From: Channa argus
Taxonomy: Eukaryota
DNA length: 64,000 nt
Direction: 5' to 3'
Assembly (NCBI RefSeq): GCF_033026475.1
Contig: NC_090210.1
Span: forward strand, 19,995,894-20,059,893
The position numbers and the translations under genes were made by a program. Below, piece by piece: positions 1-10,339 of the stretch; positions within the stretch are counted from its first letter, which is position 1; every line of letters starts with the position of its first letter. The notes below the pieces were generated by a model, which was given only the letters and a program-made list of their open reading frames with translations, was not told the origin of the DNA and did not search any database.

Positions 1-107
1 AGTTCTGAGGTCCGTCTGAATTAAATGAAAAGTAATAAGACTGGGAAGTTAAGACATGTCCTCATTGGCAGCTACGTGGCTGAGTAGTCATGGTAAAATC
101 CACTTAC

Positions 108-222
108 TTATGAGAGAAGTTCCACTCCCTAGGACGACGGAGAAGGTGGTGCTCTGAAAGAGGACGCTGAATGTACATTGGATCAAGCTGCCGTTCACCG
201 AGCCTTGGAATTCTGTAACTGT
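108..222 (-). CDS. DOMON-protein exon (TVTEFQGSVNGSLIQCTFSVLFQSTTFSVVLGSGTSLI)
   Basis: Acceptor ccttag|ACAG, donor CATAA|gtaagt. Open frame, beta-rich composition. Confidence 0.4.
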
Positions 223-725
223 CTAAGGAGGGACGGTGACATAAGGTACGATTGTGTTAAGGTTAAATTATGACTTTGTGTGTTAAGATGCTGGTGTCTG
301 ATGTGTGTTCACTGTGGAAAAGTCTGTGTGACTTTGGAGAATAGTGAGGAGAAGCCAAAGAATATTTCACATGCATTATTCTGAATAAACTAAAATGTTT
401 CTAAGCAGCAAGTATCTGGTTCTCATCAGCACTTAAACACACAAACCAGCTGACTTTTAAAACCTATTTACACTTGCAAAGGTCCATGAGAGCGTGATGT
501 AATAGTTTGACATTTAGTACACTACAGATGGTAATAAATGGAAAACAATGTGAAGTAAACCATGCAAATGTACAGCATGAAGGGTCATTTGATATATGAA
601 GGGAGTTGGTATCAGATTAGTAAGACATTCATTGAACTGAAAAGAGAAACAAGTTTTGCTGATGACTGGTAATGATGAGGAATGATTGTGAATGTCTTCA
701 TTGTTTCATTTAACAAAAGTCTCAC

Positions 726-833
726 CTTGTTTGTTGGCGTAAACTTATAATTGTTGTTGACCTCCATTTGGCTGAAAACGAACATCCCGTTGTTCGAGGA
801 GTTTTGACCACAGACGAAAGCCATGGAGGACAC
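726..833 (-). CDS. DOMON-protein exon (VSSMAFVCGQNSSNNGMFVFSQMEVNNNYKFTPTNK)
   Basis: Acceptor ttccccag|GTG, donor AACAAG|gtgagac. Matches ORF 612..833(-). M.gsd-VV-c DOMON motif. Confidence 0.6.
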
Positions 834-938
834 CTGGGGAATAGTAAGAGTATGAGATCACTTTTTTATAACGCCTGAAGCCTGAAGAAGCCTTTCGAAG
901 ATGGTGATGTTAAAAGTAACGCGTGCATTTTACTGCAC

Positions 939-1143
939 CTCTGATCCGTTCACAAGTCCCAGTGCGATGTATCCCTGTGACTGTCCACTGAGTTCAATGG
1001 TCATGTTGGTCATACTGGAAGATGCCTGGGTACTTTTGGCAGCAGACATAAACAGACAGGTCCCATTTCCAGCAGGATCGCAAGCAGTCGGTGTCGCCAC
1101 ACACAGTTTAGTCATTCCACAACCTTTTTGAGTGATATTCATC
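939..1143 (-). CDS. DOMON-protein exon (MNITQKGCGMTKLCVATPTACDPAGNGTCLFMSAAK...SQGYIALGLVNGSE)
   Basis: Acceptor ccaccag|ATG, donor CAGAG|gtgcag. Matches ORF 930..1166(-). GY[IV]A[LI]G motif typical of the DOMON fold. Confidence 0.6.
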
Positions 1144-1652
1144 TGGTGGACCACCAAACACATCATAATTTAATAAATGACCCTTTTCCAGCTAGAGTAT
1201 GAATAAACCTCTTTAGTAAAATGTTACAAGGAACAAATGTTTAATACTTCGGAGAATGTGTCCAATATGCCTATAAAACTCATTTTAATTATTTTCTGCC
1301 CTTTTTTGCCACATAAACAGCAAAGTCCAAACACTAAAAATGTGCTAAATGTTAATACTTCACTGGACATGTTGACGTGTTAACTCAGTATAAACTACAC
1401 CAACACAAGCTCTTGTACTGTTGTCGTTTTTTTTGTTTTGTTTTTTTTTATAATCCAAATTTGTAGCCCAGCTGAACTAGTGAAGTTGAAGTCCAGATTT
1501 TAACTTTGAACATTCAATGTAAAAGCTCAATTTGAAGGTATTTTAACATTTTATTTTAGTGTGTAAATCATTAAAGTCGTACACAAATATAAAAAATACA
1601 AACGTCAAGACACGAGTGTTACTGAGGATTATGTTCAATGTTGAAAACCAAC

Positions 1653-1727
1653 CTGTGCATCACTGGGAAAAACCGATGTTGCAAAAACCATCCACACAGT
1701 GAGCAACAGGAGGGATCTTCCTTCCAT
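1653..1727 (-). CDS. DOMON-protein exon 1 (ATG + signal peptide MEGRSLLLLTVWMVFATSVFPSDAQ)
   Basis: ATG at 1727-1725 (plus cat). Hydrophobic core followed by a small-residue cleavage motif. Donor GTTGGT immediately after GCACAG. Confidence 0.5.
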
Positions 1728-3834
1728 TCCTGACAGGACGACACAAAAATGAGCACAGAGTAAAGGCAAATTAAGATATTATCTGAATATCTATTATCTG
1801 AGAGTCCTTTAACATTAATAATAACTGGGTGCTTTCTACATTGTCTTTTACCGAAAGCCATACACAACACCTGTGTTTGTAGCACGTATGTGCTCGAGTT
1901 TTAGTATGTGTGTCCAGCTTTGTTCATGCTTACTTCTTGGTCATCTGTACCTTTGTGACCATTGTTATTGGTTTGTAAGCGCAGTGAGAAACTGGAATCA
2001 AATTCCTTTCTATGCACAAACATACAGTTCTTGACTATTAAAGCTAATTCTTTTTTTTTGTGTTACAATATCACCGAAAAGAAAAAGGAAAAAAGGAAAA
2101 AAAGTTAACCAAAAAGCAGAACGTTTATAGCCAGATTTTCAGGCCTTTGTTTACTTAACAAAATTAATAAAATTACTAATATATTATAGTTATTTTCTAT
2201 ACATTTGATGTAATAGTAGCTATATAAACTCAAATCTCAAAATTAAACAACCATTCCAATTAGCCTGCTGATAGTTTGTCATAGTTTGCACTGTATAAAA
2301 TAAAATAGGTTTCCAGTTCCTATTTTCCCAAAGAAAACAACAACCCAATAAATACTAAAATGCAATACTAAACAATTGAAAGTATATCATGAGGATAATG
2401 CAAATACAAAGATGGGATCTAATAATTGTTTCACACTTACTGGAGCTGTCAAAGGAAAATGTTGAATTGAAAAAATGTTTTTTTTTATCCTGTATCCGCT
2501 GCTCTGACTGTTTTGTCCTTGTACGAGTGATTTAAATCAACAAACGTCAGTTCTGATGCTCAGAGGTGGTGGTGGTGGCAGAAAAGAGCTTGTGGGAGCA
2601 TCCTGAAAAGGGAGTGACCAGAAATCACCTGACTGAACATTTGTCCTACAGGTGTGTGCTCTGTTTGTTGAGAACCTGTTATGTTCTCTGAGCAGGATTA
2701 GTTGAAATCAGACAGCACTTTAAAAAAAAAAGTCACTTAACTGAACACGATCTCGGTCAACTGGATCTTCAATTTATACATTAATAGATAACTAAATATC
2801 TACTTTAAAGATCTTTTATCCAAAGTCACAAACATAAACAGAATTTACATAAGAATGATTTTTTTAAAGTTCAAAACTCAAGAGAATTTTAAGTTCCTCG
2901 ATAAGCAGAGGTGTGATGTCATCTATGTCAACAGCAATAAACATATTTTCCATCAGAGCAAAATTGCAATATTATCAGTTGTTTTCTGTTATTTGTTATC
3001 AGCAGCATCCACATATCCATATTTTATAGCCTACTGCATATTAATGCAGACCAAGCACTGTAGAAATTGGTCAGGAAGGGCATCCGGCGTAAGAACTGTG
3101 CCAAATCAACCTGCCGACCAATGATCCGCTGTGGTGACCCTTAACCCACAGGATTAGCCGAAAGAATAAAAACTTTCCAGCAGTAACTTGACATCAGACC
3201 AGTCTCTTTTCCTAATGAGTAAATATTATTCTTTATCATTAATAACCTATGTTTTTAAATCATTTTGGTTAACAGTTTATATTAAAATGAGCTCAGTTTT
3301 AACTATGCGCTTCTCAGGTTACACTTCTTCGCACCTCTTACGTAAACCAGAAATTCATATTCATGGAAAAACCTCCCGCAACTTCTTGGGACTGCAGCAG
3401 CACCACAACAGCTTGTTGCTGCAGAAAACGTTTTACTGTACAAGTGTCTCTACCCAGAGAAAGCAGCAGCCTTACTGACGTTAAGGGCCAGTCCACCACA
3501 CTCAAATATCTCAGCAGTCATTACATGGCTGTAGTATTGTTCATGTTGTGTCAGTGAGTCCTGTGCTCCCTGAGAATGAGTGCAAAATCAATATTTGTAG
3601 AGTCACAGACTGTGAAAGTCATTGCTGCTAATAGCCTCCGAAGCTGTTTCTAGATAAACAACCACTCCCATATTCAACCCTATTTTTACAATGACACATT
3701 ATATCATAAGCCCAGTCAGATGGATATTTATAAATTGACAATTTGAACTTAGAAGCTCAGATCCTAAACAATAATCATCAACTCTGGTTATACATAAGTC
3801 ACAAACTACCTCAGTAAATGTACTGTCTGCATAT

Positions 3835-3995
3835 AATAATAATTATTATTGTTTTTGTTATTTATATATGATTATTAATTATATATAGTTACTGTATATA
3901 CACACAACAACAACAACAATAAGAAGAATTATTATATTATTATATTTTATTAAATATTTATTATATTATATATTTATTAGTCCTTCAAGTATATA
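3835..3995. repeat. AT-rich low-complexity / (AAC)n-containing region
   Basis: aataattattattg…acaacaacaacaacaataagaagaattattatattattatatttt…. Confidence 0.6.
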
Positions 3996-4799
3996 GATTG
4001 ATGCTAATTGTTTCAAGCTCACTTTTTAGCCTGACTTTGAAAATGCCATTTTTAATTACCAGCATTTTTAAACTGTGACATTTTCACTTTTAACTGAGGA
4101 ATCCTAATCCACAGGAAGTACGTTGCCTGTGGAATGTTTGACGTATTAAGTAGTATAAAATGAGAATGCCCACAGGGTTTAGGACAGTCCCGGTTCAGCT
4201 CTTAACTGCTCCCCGGTGGTGAGCAGCTGTAATCGTCCAAAACGCCAAAGAAAATCTGTGATCCTGACAATGTCCAGCCTGTTCTTGCTGTAGATTAACT
4301 GATATCCAACACGCCTCTAAGAAACTGAGGACGCAGACTAAATCACTCGTTTCTCTTCCTCCATAATTCGAAGCTTTGAAGTTTGCCTAACCAGTGTATA
4401 AGGAGGCGTTTCACCTATTTCAGCAGAAGACAGTTTAGCATTTTTCGGCTTTGCTTGGAAAATCCTTCCTCAGCGCCAAAGGCACAGTGTCACAGTGCAT
4501 CTTCTTTTTTGGGAAATGCCTTTTTCTAGTTTAAAGTGCAGTTTAATTTTCAGACCTAACAGCATCAATTTCTTTGGTCAGTAAATACCAGGAAGAAGAA
4601 ATCCCCCATTTAAAAACACTACAGCGAACATATGAAGTATCAGTAGGAAAATCAAAGTGCAACCATTGAACCAGAGGAAGTAGTTATGGCTGATGTTAAA
4701 CCTGAGAACTCAGACCTGGAAAAAAACCTGTTTGATTGTGTCCTGTTGAGAGACACATTGTTAAATAAATGAACTGCACAATAACTTTGTCCACTGACG

Positions 4800-6428
4800 C
4801 TAAATATACAGTCCGTCTCCCAGCAGGGCGTTGGCGCGGGGTCGATTTCCTCTGCGGCTATGTTCGTGTTGTCTGTCCCTCCTCCATCTGTCTCCGTCCT
4901 CCCTCCTTTTCCCCCTCTTCGTCTCCTCCTCCTCCTCCCCATCACCTCCTGCTCTCTCAGCCTGCCTCCCCACACTCAGTCTGCTCCCTCGTTTCTCATC
5001 TCCTCTCTCCCTCCAGTCTTCGCACCGGGCCGTCGCTCCCCCGCGGTGGCTCGTCTTTGAGTTGGACTCCTCCGTGCTGCTCCTCCACTCTCGCTTCCTT
5101 GATGCTGCTTCTTCACTTCGATGTGACTCGTTCCCCCCGTCACTTTTCCTGTGTTTGTCTCTTTTCATCGCTCTTTCTGACTCACTCTTAGATTTTGTTG
5201 CTTCTGTAATTTCCCTCTTCTCCTCTGTCCTGTTTGCGTTCTCAGCCCTCCACTCATTCACTGCTCTGTCCTCCTCTGTCCCCGTCCAGCTGTCCCTCCC
5301 CACGTCTCTGCTGCTGCTTCCTTTCTGCTCATCGGTTTCTGTCATTTCAGGTTTGCTCCCTCCTTCTCCATCTTCTCTGTTGCTCGTGCTGTTATGCCTC
5401 CTTGTGCCATGACTTTCTACTCCTTTGTCTATATTCACTGATCTCCATTCGGGCTTTATTCTTCTGAGATCCTCTCTGCTCCTCATGCCTCCTTGACTGT
5501 CTCTCTGTGTTTTCACCTGTCCACCCCTGTCCTCCCTCTCTGAATTACCTGATTTATTCTTATCTTCCACCTTTTTGTCTTTTTCAACCGTTTTTGTGTT
5601 TGTACCCGAATCTTCTGATTCTTTGTCTTTTTGATTTTCTTTCTGAGGCTGTTCTTCCACAACCCCTGTAGCTGCTTTGACACTTTTCTCTGTCTCATCA
5701 GGAACCTTCTCTAATGTGGATTCAATCTTGTTTTTAACCTCTCCTTGTTCCTTCTTCCCTTCTTTCTTTGCACTTGACTCGTCCTTCCTGTCCTTTTTCT
5801 CTCCATCTCCATGTTCCTTTGTTTTCTTTTCCTTTTTCCCCTTAAATTTCACATTGTCTTTCCCCATCTCCTCACTCTTCTTCTGCTCTTCTGCAACCTT
5901 CTTGTCCAGTTTCTCCTCCATGAGGTCCAGCTCCTCCTCCAGCTTAGCCAGCTTCTTTAAATCCCACTCCAGATCATATTCAACCTCCACCTCCACCTCC
6001 TCAATCTCCTCATACTCTTCCACCTCAATGCCGTCCATTGTTTTCTGCAGCTGCGTCTTCACCTTGTTCAGTTCCAGCACACCGTCTTGAAGGTCTTTAC
6101 ACACCTCCCTGATCTTGGCGGCAAATTTTGTTTTAGCACCTTTGCGGAGCTCGTGGGAGTCTTTGGCGAGGAAGAAAACATCCAGAGCCAGGAACAGAGC
6201 TGACATGATGCCTGTGGTGAGGCTGATGACCTGGGCAGCTTTGGCAGCGCCGCCAGCGGCGCCCAAAACATGCACGGTGCTAATGAGTTTGTCCGTGTTG
6301 ATTACCAGCTCTTTTCCAGCGCGACCACCCTCCCTCACCACATGCTTGACACTGTGGTTCAGAGCTTTTTTGGCAGCACTTTGAGAATATTGCTCAAAAT
6401 CCCACTCCTGCAGCGTGTCCATACCCTC
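4800..6428 (-). CDS. APOL-B terminal exon: ApoL C-terminal half (SALFLALDVFFLAKDSHELRKGAKTKFAAKIREV) plus ~400-aa E/K/R/D/S/G-rich low-complexity tail; stop at 4800-4802
   Basis: Acceptor cctctcgtag|GAGGGTATGGAC. Equals ORF 4800..6422(-). Conserved APOL C-terminal motifs ([VL]D..[FY]L...S..L..GAK[ST]..A..[LI]R). The tail is purine-rich on the coding strand. Confidence 0.6.
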   Translation of the reverse strand, partial: EGMDTLQEWDFEQYSQSAAKKALNHSVKHVVREGGRAGKELVINTDKLISTVHVLGAAGGAAKAAQVISLTTGIMSALFLALDVFFLAKDSHELRKGAKTKFAAKIREVCKDLQDGVLELNKVKTQLQKTMDGIEVEEYEEIEEVEVEVEYDLEWDLKKLAKLEEELDLMEEKLDKKVAEEQKKSEEMGKDNVKFKGKKEKKTKEHGDGEKKDRKDESSAKKEGKKEQGEVKNKIESTLEKVPDETEKSVKAATGVVEEQPQKENQKDKESEDSGTNTKTVEKDKKVEDKNKSGNSEREDRGGQVKTQRDSQGGMRSREDLRRIKPEWRSVNIDKGVESHGTRRHNSTSNREDGEGGSKPEMTETDEQKGSSSRDVGRDSWTGTEEDRAVNEWRAENANRTEEKREITEATKSKSESERAMKRDKHRKSDGGNESHRSEEAASRKREWRSSTEESNSKTSHRGGATARCEDWRERGDEKRGSRLSVGRQAERAGGDGEEEEETKRGKRREDGDRWRRDRQHEHSRRGNRPRANALLGDGLYI

Positions 6429-6838
6429 CTACGAGAGGCACAGAGACAAGGAGGAGAGTCAATATTGTCTCAGTGAGTTTACTATACTAACTTCAAGTAT
6501 TCCATTCCAACATTTTTGAAATGGATGCTGTTAATCACACTAAGGGAGTGATGAGTTTAAAAAGGTCAAAGGTTTCTGTTAGCTAGAGATCTGCAGTGCA
6601 ACGAAACCAGCAGCTGGTAAAGGTGAAGCAAATCCATAACAGCACATCATCATTTAGTAGGTGATTATAGTGAGTTTTACACTGCTGCTGAACAAAAACA
6701 AATCACTCCTATTTTCACATTTTAGTACCAAACGATTTCCAGTTAAAGCTAACAACCTCAGTTTTGTCAGATGTCAGAAAGATGGATAAGAGGCTGCGTG
6801 AAGGCACCAGCTGCAAATTAGCCCAAACATTATCTTAC

Positions 6839-7253
6839 CTGCACAAATTCCAAACACTCTCTGATGTCTTTGATCTCTTCCTGGTAGCCCTGGATCATCT
6901 TCTCCACTTTCTTTCTGTCCATGCTGGAGTGAACCGTGTCCGTGATGTTTGCAGTCGCCGAGGTGATGCTGCCTGCTGTCGCCACGCTGATCCCCACTGC
7001 CGTGACAATCACGGAGGCACCAAAAGTGAAAGGCGCCAGAATGAGCCCCGTGATTGTAGCCACACTGCCCGCCACACTGGCCACTCCTCCACCCACAGCG
7101 GCCCGCACCGTTTTCTTGTGGAACTGATCTGCAGCGTCAGCCAAAGCCAGAAGCTCCAGGATGCGATGCTGTAAAGATGCACCACGCTGGTTGAAGAGCT
7201 GCACAAACAGACGGGCTGCCAGGTAGACTCGATCAGCTGCCTGCTCCATGATA
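6839..7253 (-). CDS. APOL-B exon: ApoL domain N-terminal half (VASVAGSVATITGLILAPFTFGASVIVTAVGISVATAGSITSA...SMDRKKVEKMIQGYQEEIKDIRECLEFVQ)
   Basis: Acceptor ccacctctcgcctctcccctcag|TATCATG, donor GTGCAG|gtaaga. Matches ORF 6830..7249(-). Strong similarity to the human APOL1 membrane-addressing/pore region (ISSGILTLVGMGLAPFTEGGSLVL...). Confidence 0.75.
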
Positions 7254-7423
7254 CTGAGGGGAGAGGCGAGAGGTGGACGGTTTGAAACTCACAATTGTGT
7301 GTAAATAAACAAAAATAAATAAGTATCCGCTTTCAGGCCTTTGGGAGCTAAATAATCTAACACTTTAATGCAAAATAAATGAACGCTTTTTTAATGCAGA
7401 AACACAAGAAGGATCATTCTTAC

Positions 7424-7469
7424 ATTTCTTCGTCCTGGGAGTTGGACGTCTCATTCCATTCTGTCCAAC
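7424..7469 (-). CDS. APOL-B exon (G)WTEWNETSNSQDEEI
   Basis: Acceptor ttaag|GTTGG, donor AAAT|gtaaga. Frame joins the flanking exons exactly. Homologous to paralog A exon 23390-23339. Confidence 0.55.
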
Positions 7470-7577
7470 CTTAAAAACCACCAGCAGATATTAGTAGCTT
7501 GGGACTCATTTCCACACTTTTTCCATATAATATTTTGAAATACTTTCAAAATTAAAAGTGAGCATTGTCACACTAAC

Positions 7578-7614
7578 CTTTGACTGTGTTCCACCACTCC
7601 ATCAATTCACTTTC
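7578..7614 (-). CDS. APOL-B exon ESELMEWWNTVK(G)
   Basis: Acceptor gttttcag|GAAAG, donor AAAG|gttagt. Conserved in paralog A (DAENLMEWWNTVE). Confidence 0.6.
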
Positions 7615-7684
7615 CTGAAAACAAAGACATTTGAGATGACAATTTATCTGTTGTGTATGTGGAGTTAAAACTGTTTTTACACAC

Positions 7685-7759
7685 CTGCTCAGATTCCAGA
7701 GGGTTGTCTTCAGTTGGGTAAGGTGCCATCTCCACAGGCTGGACCTCCACTGTGTCCTC
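7685..7759 (-). CDS. APOL-B exon EDTVEVQPVEMAPYPTEDNPLESEQ
   Basis: Acceptor ttccag|GAGGAC, donor GAGCAG|gtgtgt. 75 nt, phase 0-0. Confidence 0.55.
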
Positions 7760-8015
7760 CTGGAAATACTTAACATAACTTATCACACAGGGTTAGAGTT
7801 TCTACAGTCTGTATATTTGTCATGCACCAAAGTGTGTCTATTTGTATTTCCCACTGTCACACAAAATCTCTTCTGACAGATTTTATGTCAAACAAAGAGT
7901 GAGAGACTTTTTAATGTGGCATAAAATGTTTTCAAAATGGTATATGTCCGTAAGTGGCGAATAAAGAAGCTTGACTGTAAAAATGTAAAGCTAATTTTCT
8001 GACTAATGTTCTGAC

Positions 8016-8078
8016 CTGCGATTGGTTCAGTTGACACAGCTCCACAGTCTCTTCAATAATAGGCATCTTGTCTGAAGG
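8016..8078 (-). CDS. APOL-B exon PSDKMPIIEETVELCQLNQSQ
   Basis: AG acceptor, donor CGCAG|gtcaga. 63 nt, phase 0-0. Confidence 0.45.
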
Positions 8079-8182
8079 CTGCGTTGATACATAACCATAT
8101 TGTCATAATTATAAACCAACCATTAGCCAAATAAAAGCTGATTCAATCGTGTAGTTTAAAGTATTAGAGCAGCAATAAATAC

Positions 8183-8245
8183 CTGTGACGATAAAGTAAC
8201 TGTGGGAATTTGGGGAAAAGTTTTCTTGATTCTGAATGACACAAC
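8183..8245 (-). CDS. APOL-B exon VVSFRIKKTFPQIPTVTLSSQ
   Basis: Acceptor ttctcag|GTTGTG, donor CACAG|gtattt. 63 nt. Confidence 0.4.
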
Positions 8246-8394
8246 CTGAGAAAAATGGAAAAAAAAAACTTTAGATCCCAAACAATGTAAAGATTAATTT
8301 GAATCCTTTGAATTACCTGCATTTATGTATGTGCGTATTGAGATCATTACTGAAACATTCAGTGTGGTTTGGAAAACGTAAGTGAACCTAAAGA

Positions 8395-8565
8395 CTGTGA
8401 ATATATCAGTAGAAGGATGCTGAGGTTGGAGCTGCCAGGCAGGAGGTCTAGAGGAAGACCAAAGAGGAGATTTATGGATGTAGTGACAGAGGACATGAAG
8501 TTAGTTGGTGTGAGAGAAGAGGATGCAGAGGACAGTTCTGTTTGTCTATACTTCTGACTTAGAGG
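8395..8565 (+). mobile_element. LINE (non-LTR retrotransposon) ORF2 C-terminal/3' fragment inside an APOL-B intron
   Basis: ORF 8369..8557(+) contains ELPGRRSRGRPKRRFMDVVTEDMKLVGVREEDAEDS, the stereotyped GRPK[RK]RWMD…EDARDR tail of many vertebrate LINE ORF2 proteins. Confidence 0.6.
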
Positions 8566-8710
8566 AAGATCAGATCATGTTTAATATCCAGCTAAAGTAG
8601 AACATTATAAATCCAAAGGGTTCACATACGTTTTCTTGGGTCTGCATTTAAGATATCGAATTAATCCAATTTTCACCACCTGTCACCATTGGGACGTTAC
8701 TGCAACTCAC

Positions 8711-8782
8711 GTGTCTCTTCTTCTTGATGGTTCTCCTGCGTCTCAACTTGTCTCCGTCCAAATCCTCCTTGTCCTCACTTTC
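8711..8782 (-). CDS. APOL-B exon ESEDKEDLDGDKLRRRRTIKKKRH (basic, NLS-like)
   Basis: Acceptor cttgtcttgcag|GAAAG, donor ACAC|gtgagt. 72 nt. Confidence 0.55.
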
Positions 8783-9044
8783 CTGCAAGACAAGAGAGAA
8801 AAAAATGAAACAGAAACATGCACGTTGCTAAAGGGTTTTAGGGATCGCTAACAGCATTATGAAAGTACGAGGGTGGAGATCATGCCTGGTGTTCAACAGC
8901 TTTGGGCGTCCTCCTGAACATCCCAGCAAACCCGCCTTTTTTCTCCTGTTCAAGAATGAAACGTGAAACATGAATCTGAATCGAAGTCTCAGAAATATTA
9001 AAACATCGGTCAAACTACAAAACAGAGCAACACAAGAGACTTAC

Positions 9045-9116
9045 CTTTGTCGTGGTTTTAGCATCAGAAAGATCACTGCTACTTGGCAGAAATTCCCCGT
9101 ACGCTGAAAGGTTCTC
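9045..9116 (-). CDS. APOL-B module exon (S-rich type) ENLSAYGEFLPSSSDLSDAKTTTK
   Basis: Acceptor ttaaag|GAGAAC, donor ACAAAG|gtaagt. 72 nt. Confidence 0.55.
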
Positions 9117-9844
9117 CTTTAAAATACAAGTACATTAATTCAGTTGCTTTTTAATTGATGTTTACCCACATCTCTATGGTTAAATTTTTTTTTTTTATGA
9201 ATTTATCCAACTACTAATGTAAAAAACTCTTTTAATACTTCAATACTTTTAGTACTTAAATTTCAAATGCAGGACTTTCATTTGCAATAGTGATAAACAG
9301 TTTTCCCACTGTGATGATGATACTTTTACTTATAGGATCAGAGTATTCGTTCTGTTACAGTAGCTGTTTACAAGTTTAAAGACATTTTTTTTAAAAAGTA
9401 CCTGTCACTTTAATGCTGTTGTTTCCACACCTAGTATCTACAGTAAGAGTTTGTTGGTCTTTAGCTTATGTTGAATAATAGAATTTGAAATAATCCCCAA
9501 TAAATAGTTTCTCAGATTGAAGAGTTCAGATTTCTGCAGAAACCTCATTAATAGGGCACATTTGGAACCAGTCTGGACTAGACGTGTACATTCATCTTAT
9601 CAACAGCATCAGGTTTTACAGTGTATAAAATAATGTGTTTTTTTTTTTTAAAGACTCTTTCAGAATGATGCCCAGAAAAATGACTTGCACTGTTGTACTT
9701 AAAAGTGTTAGAGCATGGACTCAATATAGACTTTTTGTAGCAAGTACTTGGACTTTAGTACTGAAATTGTGAAGAGTTCTTTCTCAACTTTCTATGCACC
9801 TAAATCTTAAAATTTTATTTATGTTCTCATGCATCTCATGAAAC

Positions 9845-9962
9845 GGGAACACTTCTCATAGCACTTTGCTTTGATGTTTTCTCCTGGACTTAGATTTTTG
9901 CCTTGCTTTGTACCTCAGCTGTAAGTTGCTTTGGATAAAAATCCAAATGTCTAGATGTAAAT
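9845..9962 (+). mobile_element. Teleost SINE copy (tail …tgtacctcagctgtaagttgctttggataaaaatc…)
   Basis: Near-identical core shared with copies at 20690-20790 and 39860-39960 (ttgccttgtacctcacttgtaagtcgctttggataaaagcgtctgctaaatgactaaatgtaaatg). Confidence 0.6.
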
Positions 9963-9977
9963 GTGTATTTGCGTCAC

Positions 9978-10040
9978 CTCTGAAGTGTCTGCGAGACTGT
10001 CCCAGCTGGCAGACAGTTCCTTTGAGCTGCTGAGAGGATC
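9978..10040 (-). CDS. APOL-B module exon (S-rich) DPLSSSKELSASWDSLADTSE
   Basis: Acceptor ttctgcag|GATCC, donor TCAGAG|gtgacg. 63 nt. Confidence 0.55.
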
Positions 10041-10182
10041 CTGCAGAATAATAAAAGCAATTATAAATCAGTCAGGTTTATTTCAGGTCATTTCTGGAGA
10101 ATTTAACCAATATGAATTCTATAGGATGATTTGCCTAAAAATAAAAGGGTTTTTAAACAACTGTTCAGTTTCGTTTGGTCAC

Positions 10183-10254
10183 CTCAGTAGCAATGGAGCG
10201 TGGCGCCGGTTTAGGAGACTTTTTAAAGATACCTGCCAGTCGTCTTGTTTTCTC
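10183..10254 (-). CDS. APOL-B module exon (FKK type) EKTRRLAGIFKKSPKPAPRSIATE
   Basis: Acceptor gtgtttcag|GAG, donor ACTGAG|gtgacc. 72 nt. Confidence 0.6.
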
Positions 10255-10339
10255 CTGAAACACATTAATAATAAATAACAATCAATGGCAGAAAAGAGAA
10301 AACCCGGCTGTTATTGTGATAATTTGATGACACCAGTAC

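Larger units (their letters stand above)
1..1760 (-). other. Gene span: secreted DOMON-domain protein (frrs1/SDR2-like); only the 5' part is in the window and the gene continues past position 1
   Basis: Chain of minus-strand exons with AG/GT boundaries and continuous frame. Signal peptide exon, then exons with DOMON-like motifs (SQGYIALGLVNGSE / MAFVCGQNSSNNGMFVF). Confidence 0.5.

Noticed and set aside
4769-6090. Several long plus-strand ORFs (for example 4831..5412, 5677..6090) encoding S/L/P/F-rich proteins
   Set aside because: They lie antisense to the purine-rich APOL-B tail. A pyrimidine-rich strand lacks stop codons by composition, and the proteins they encode are featureless low complexity.
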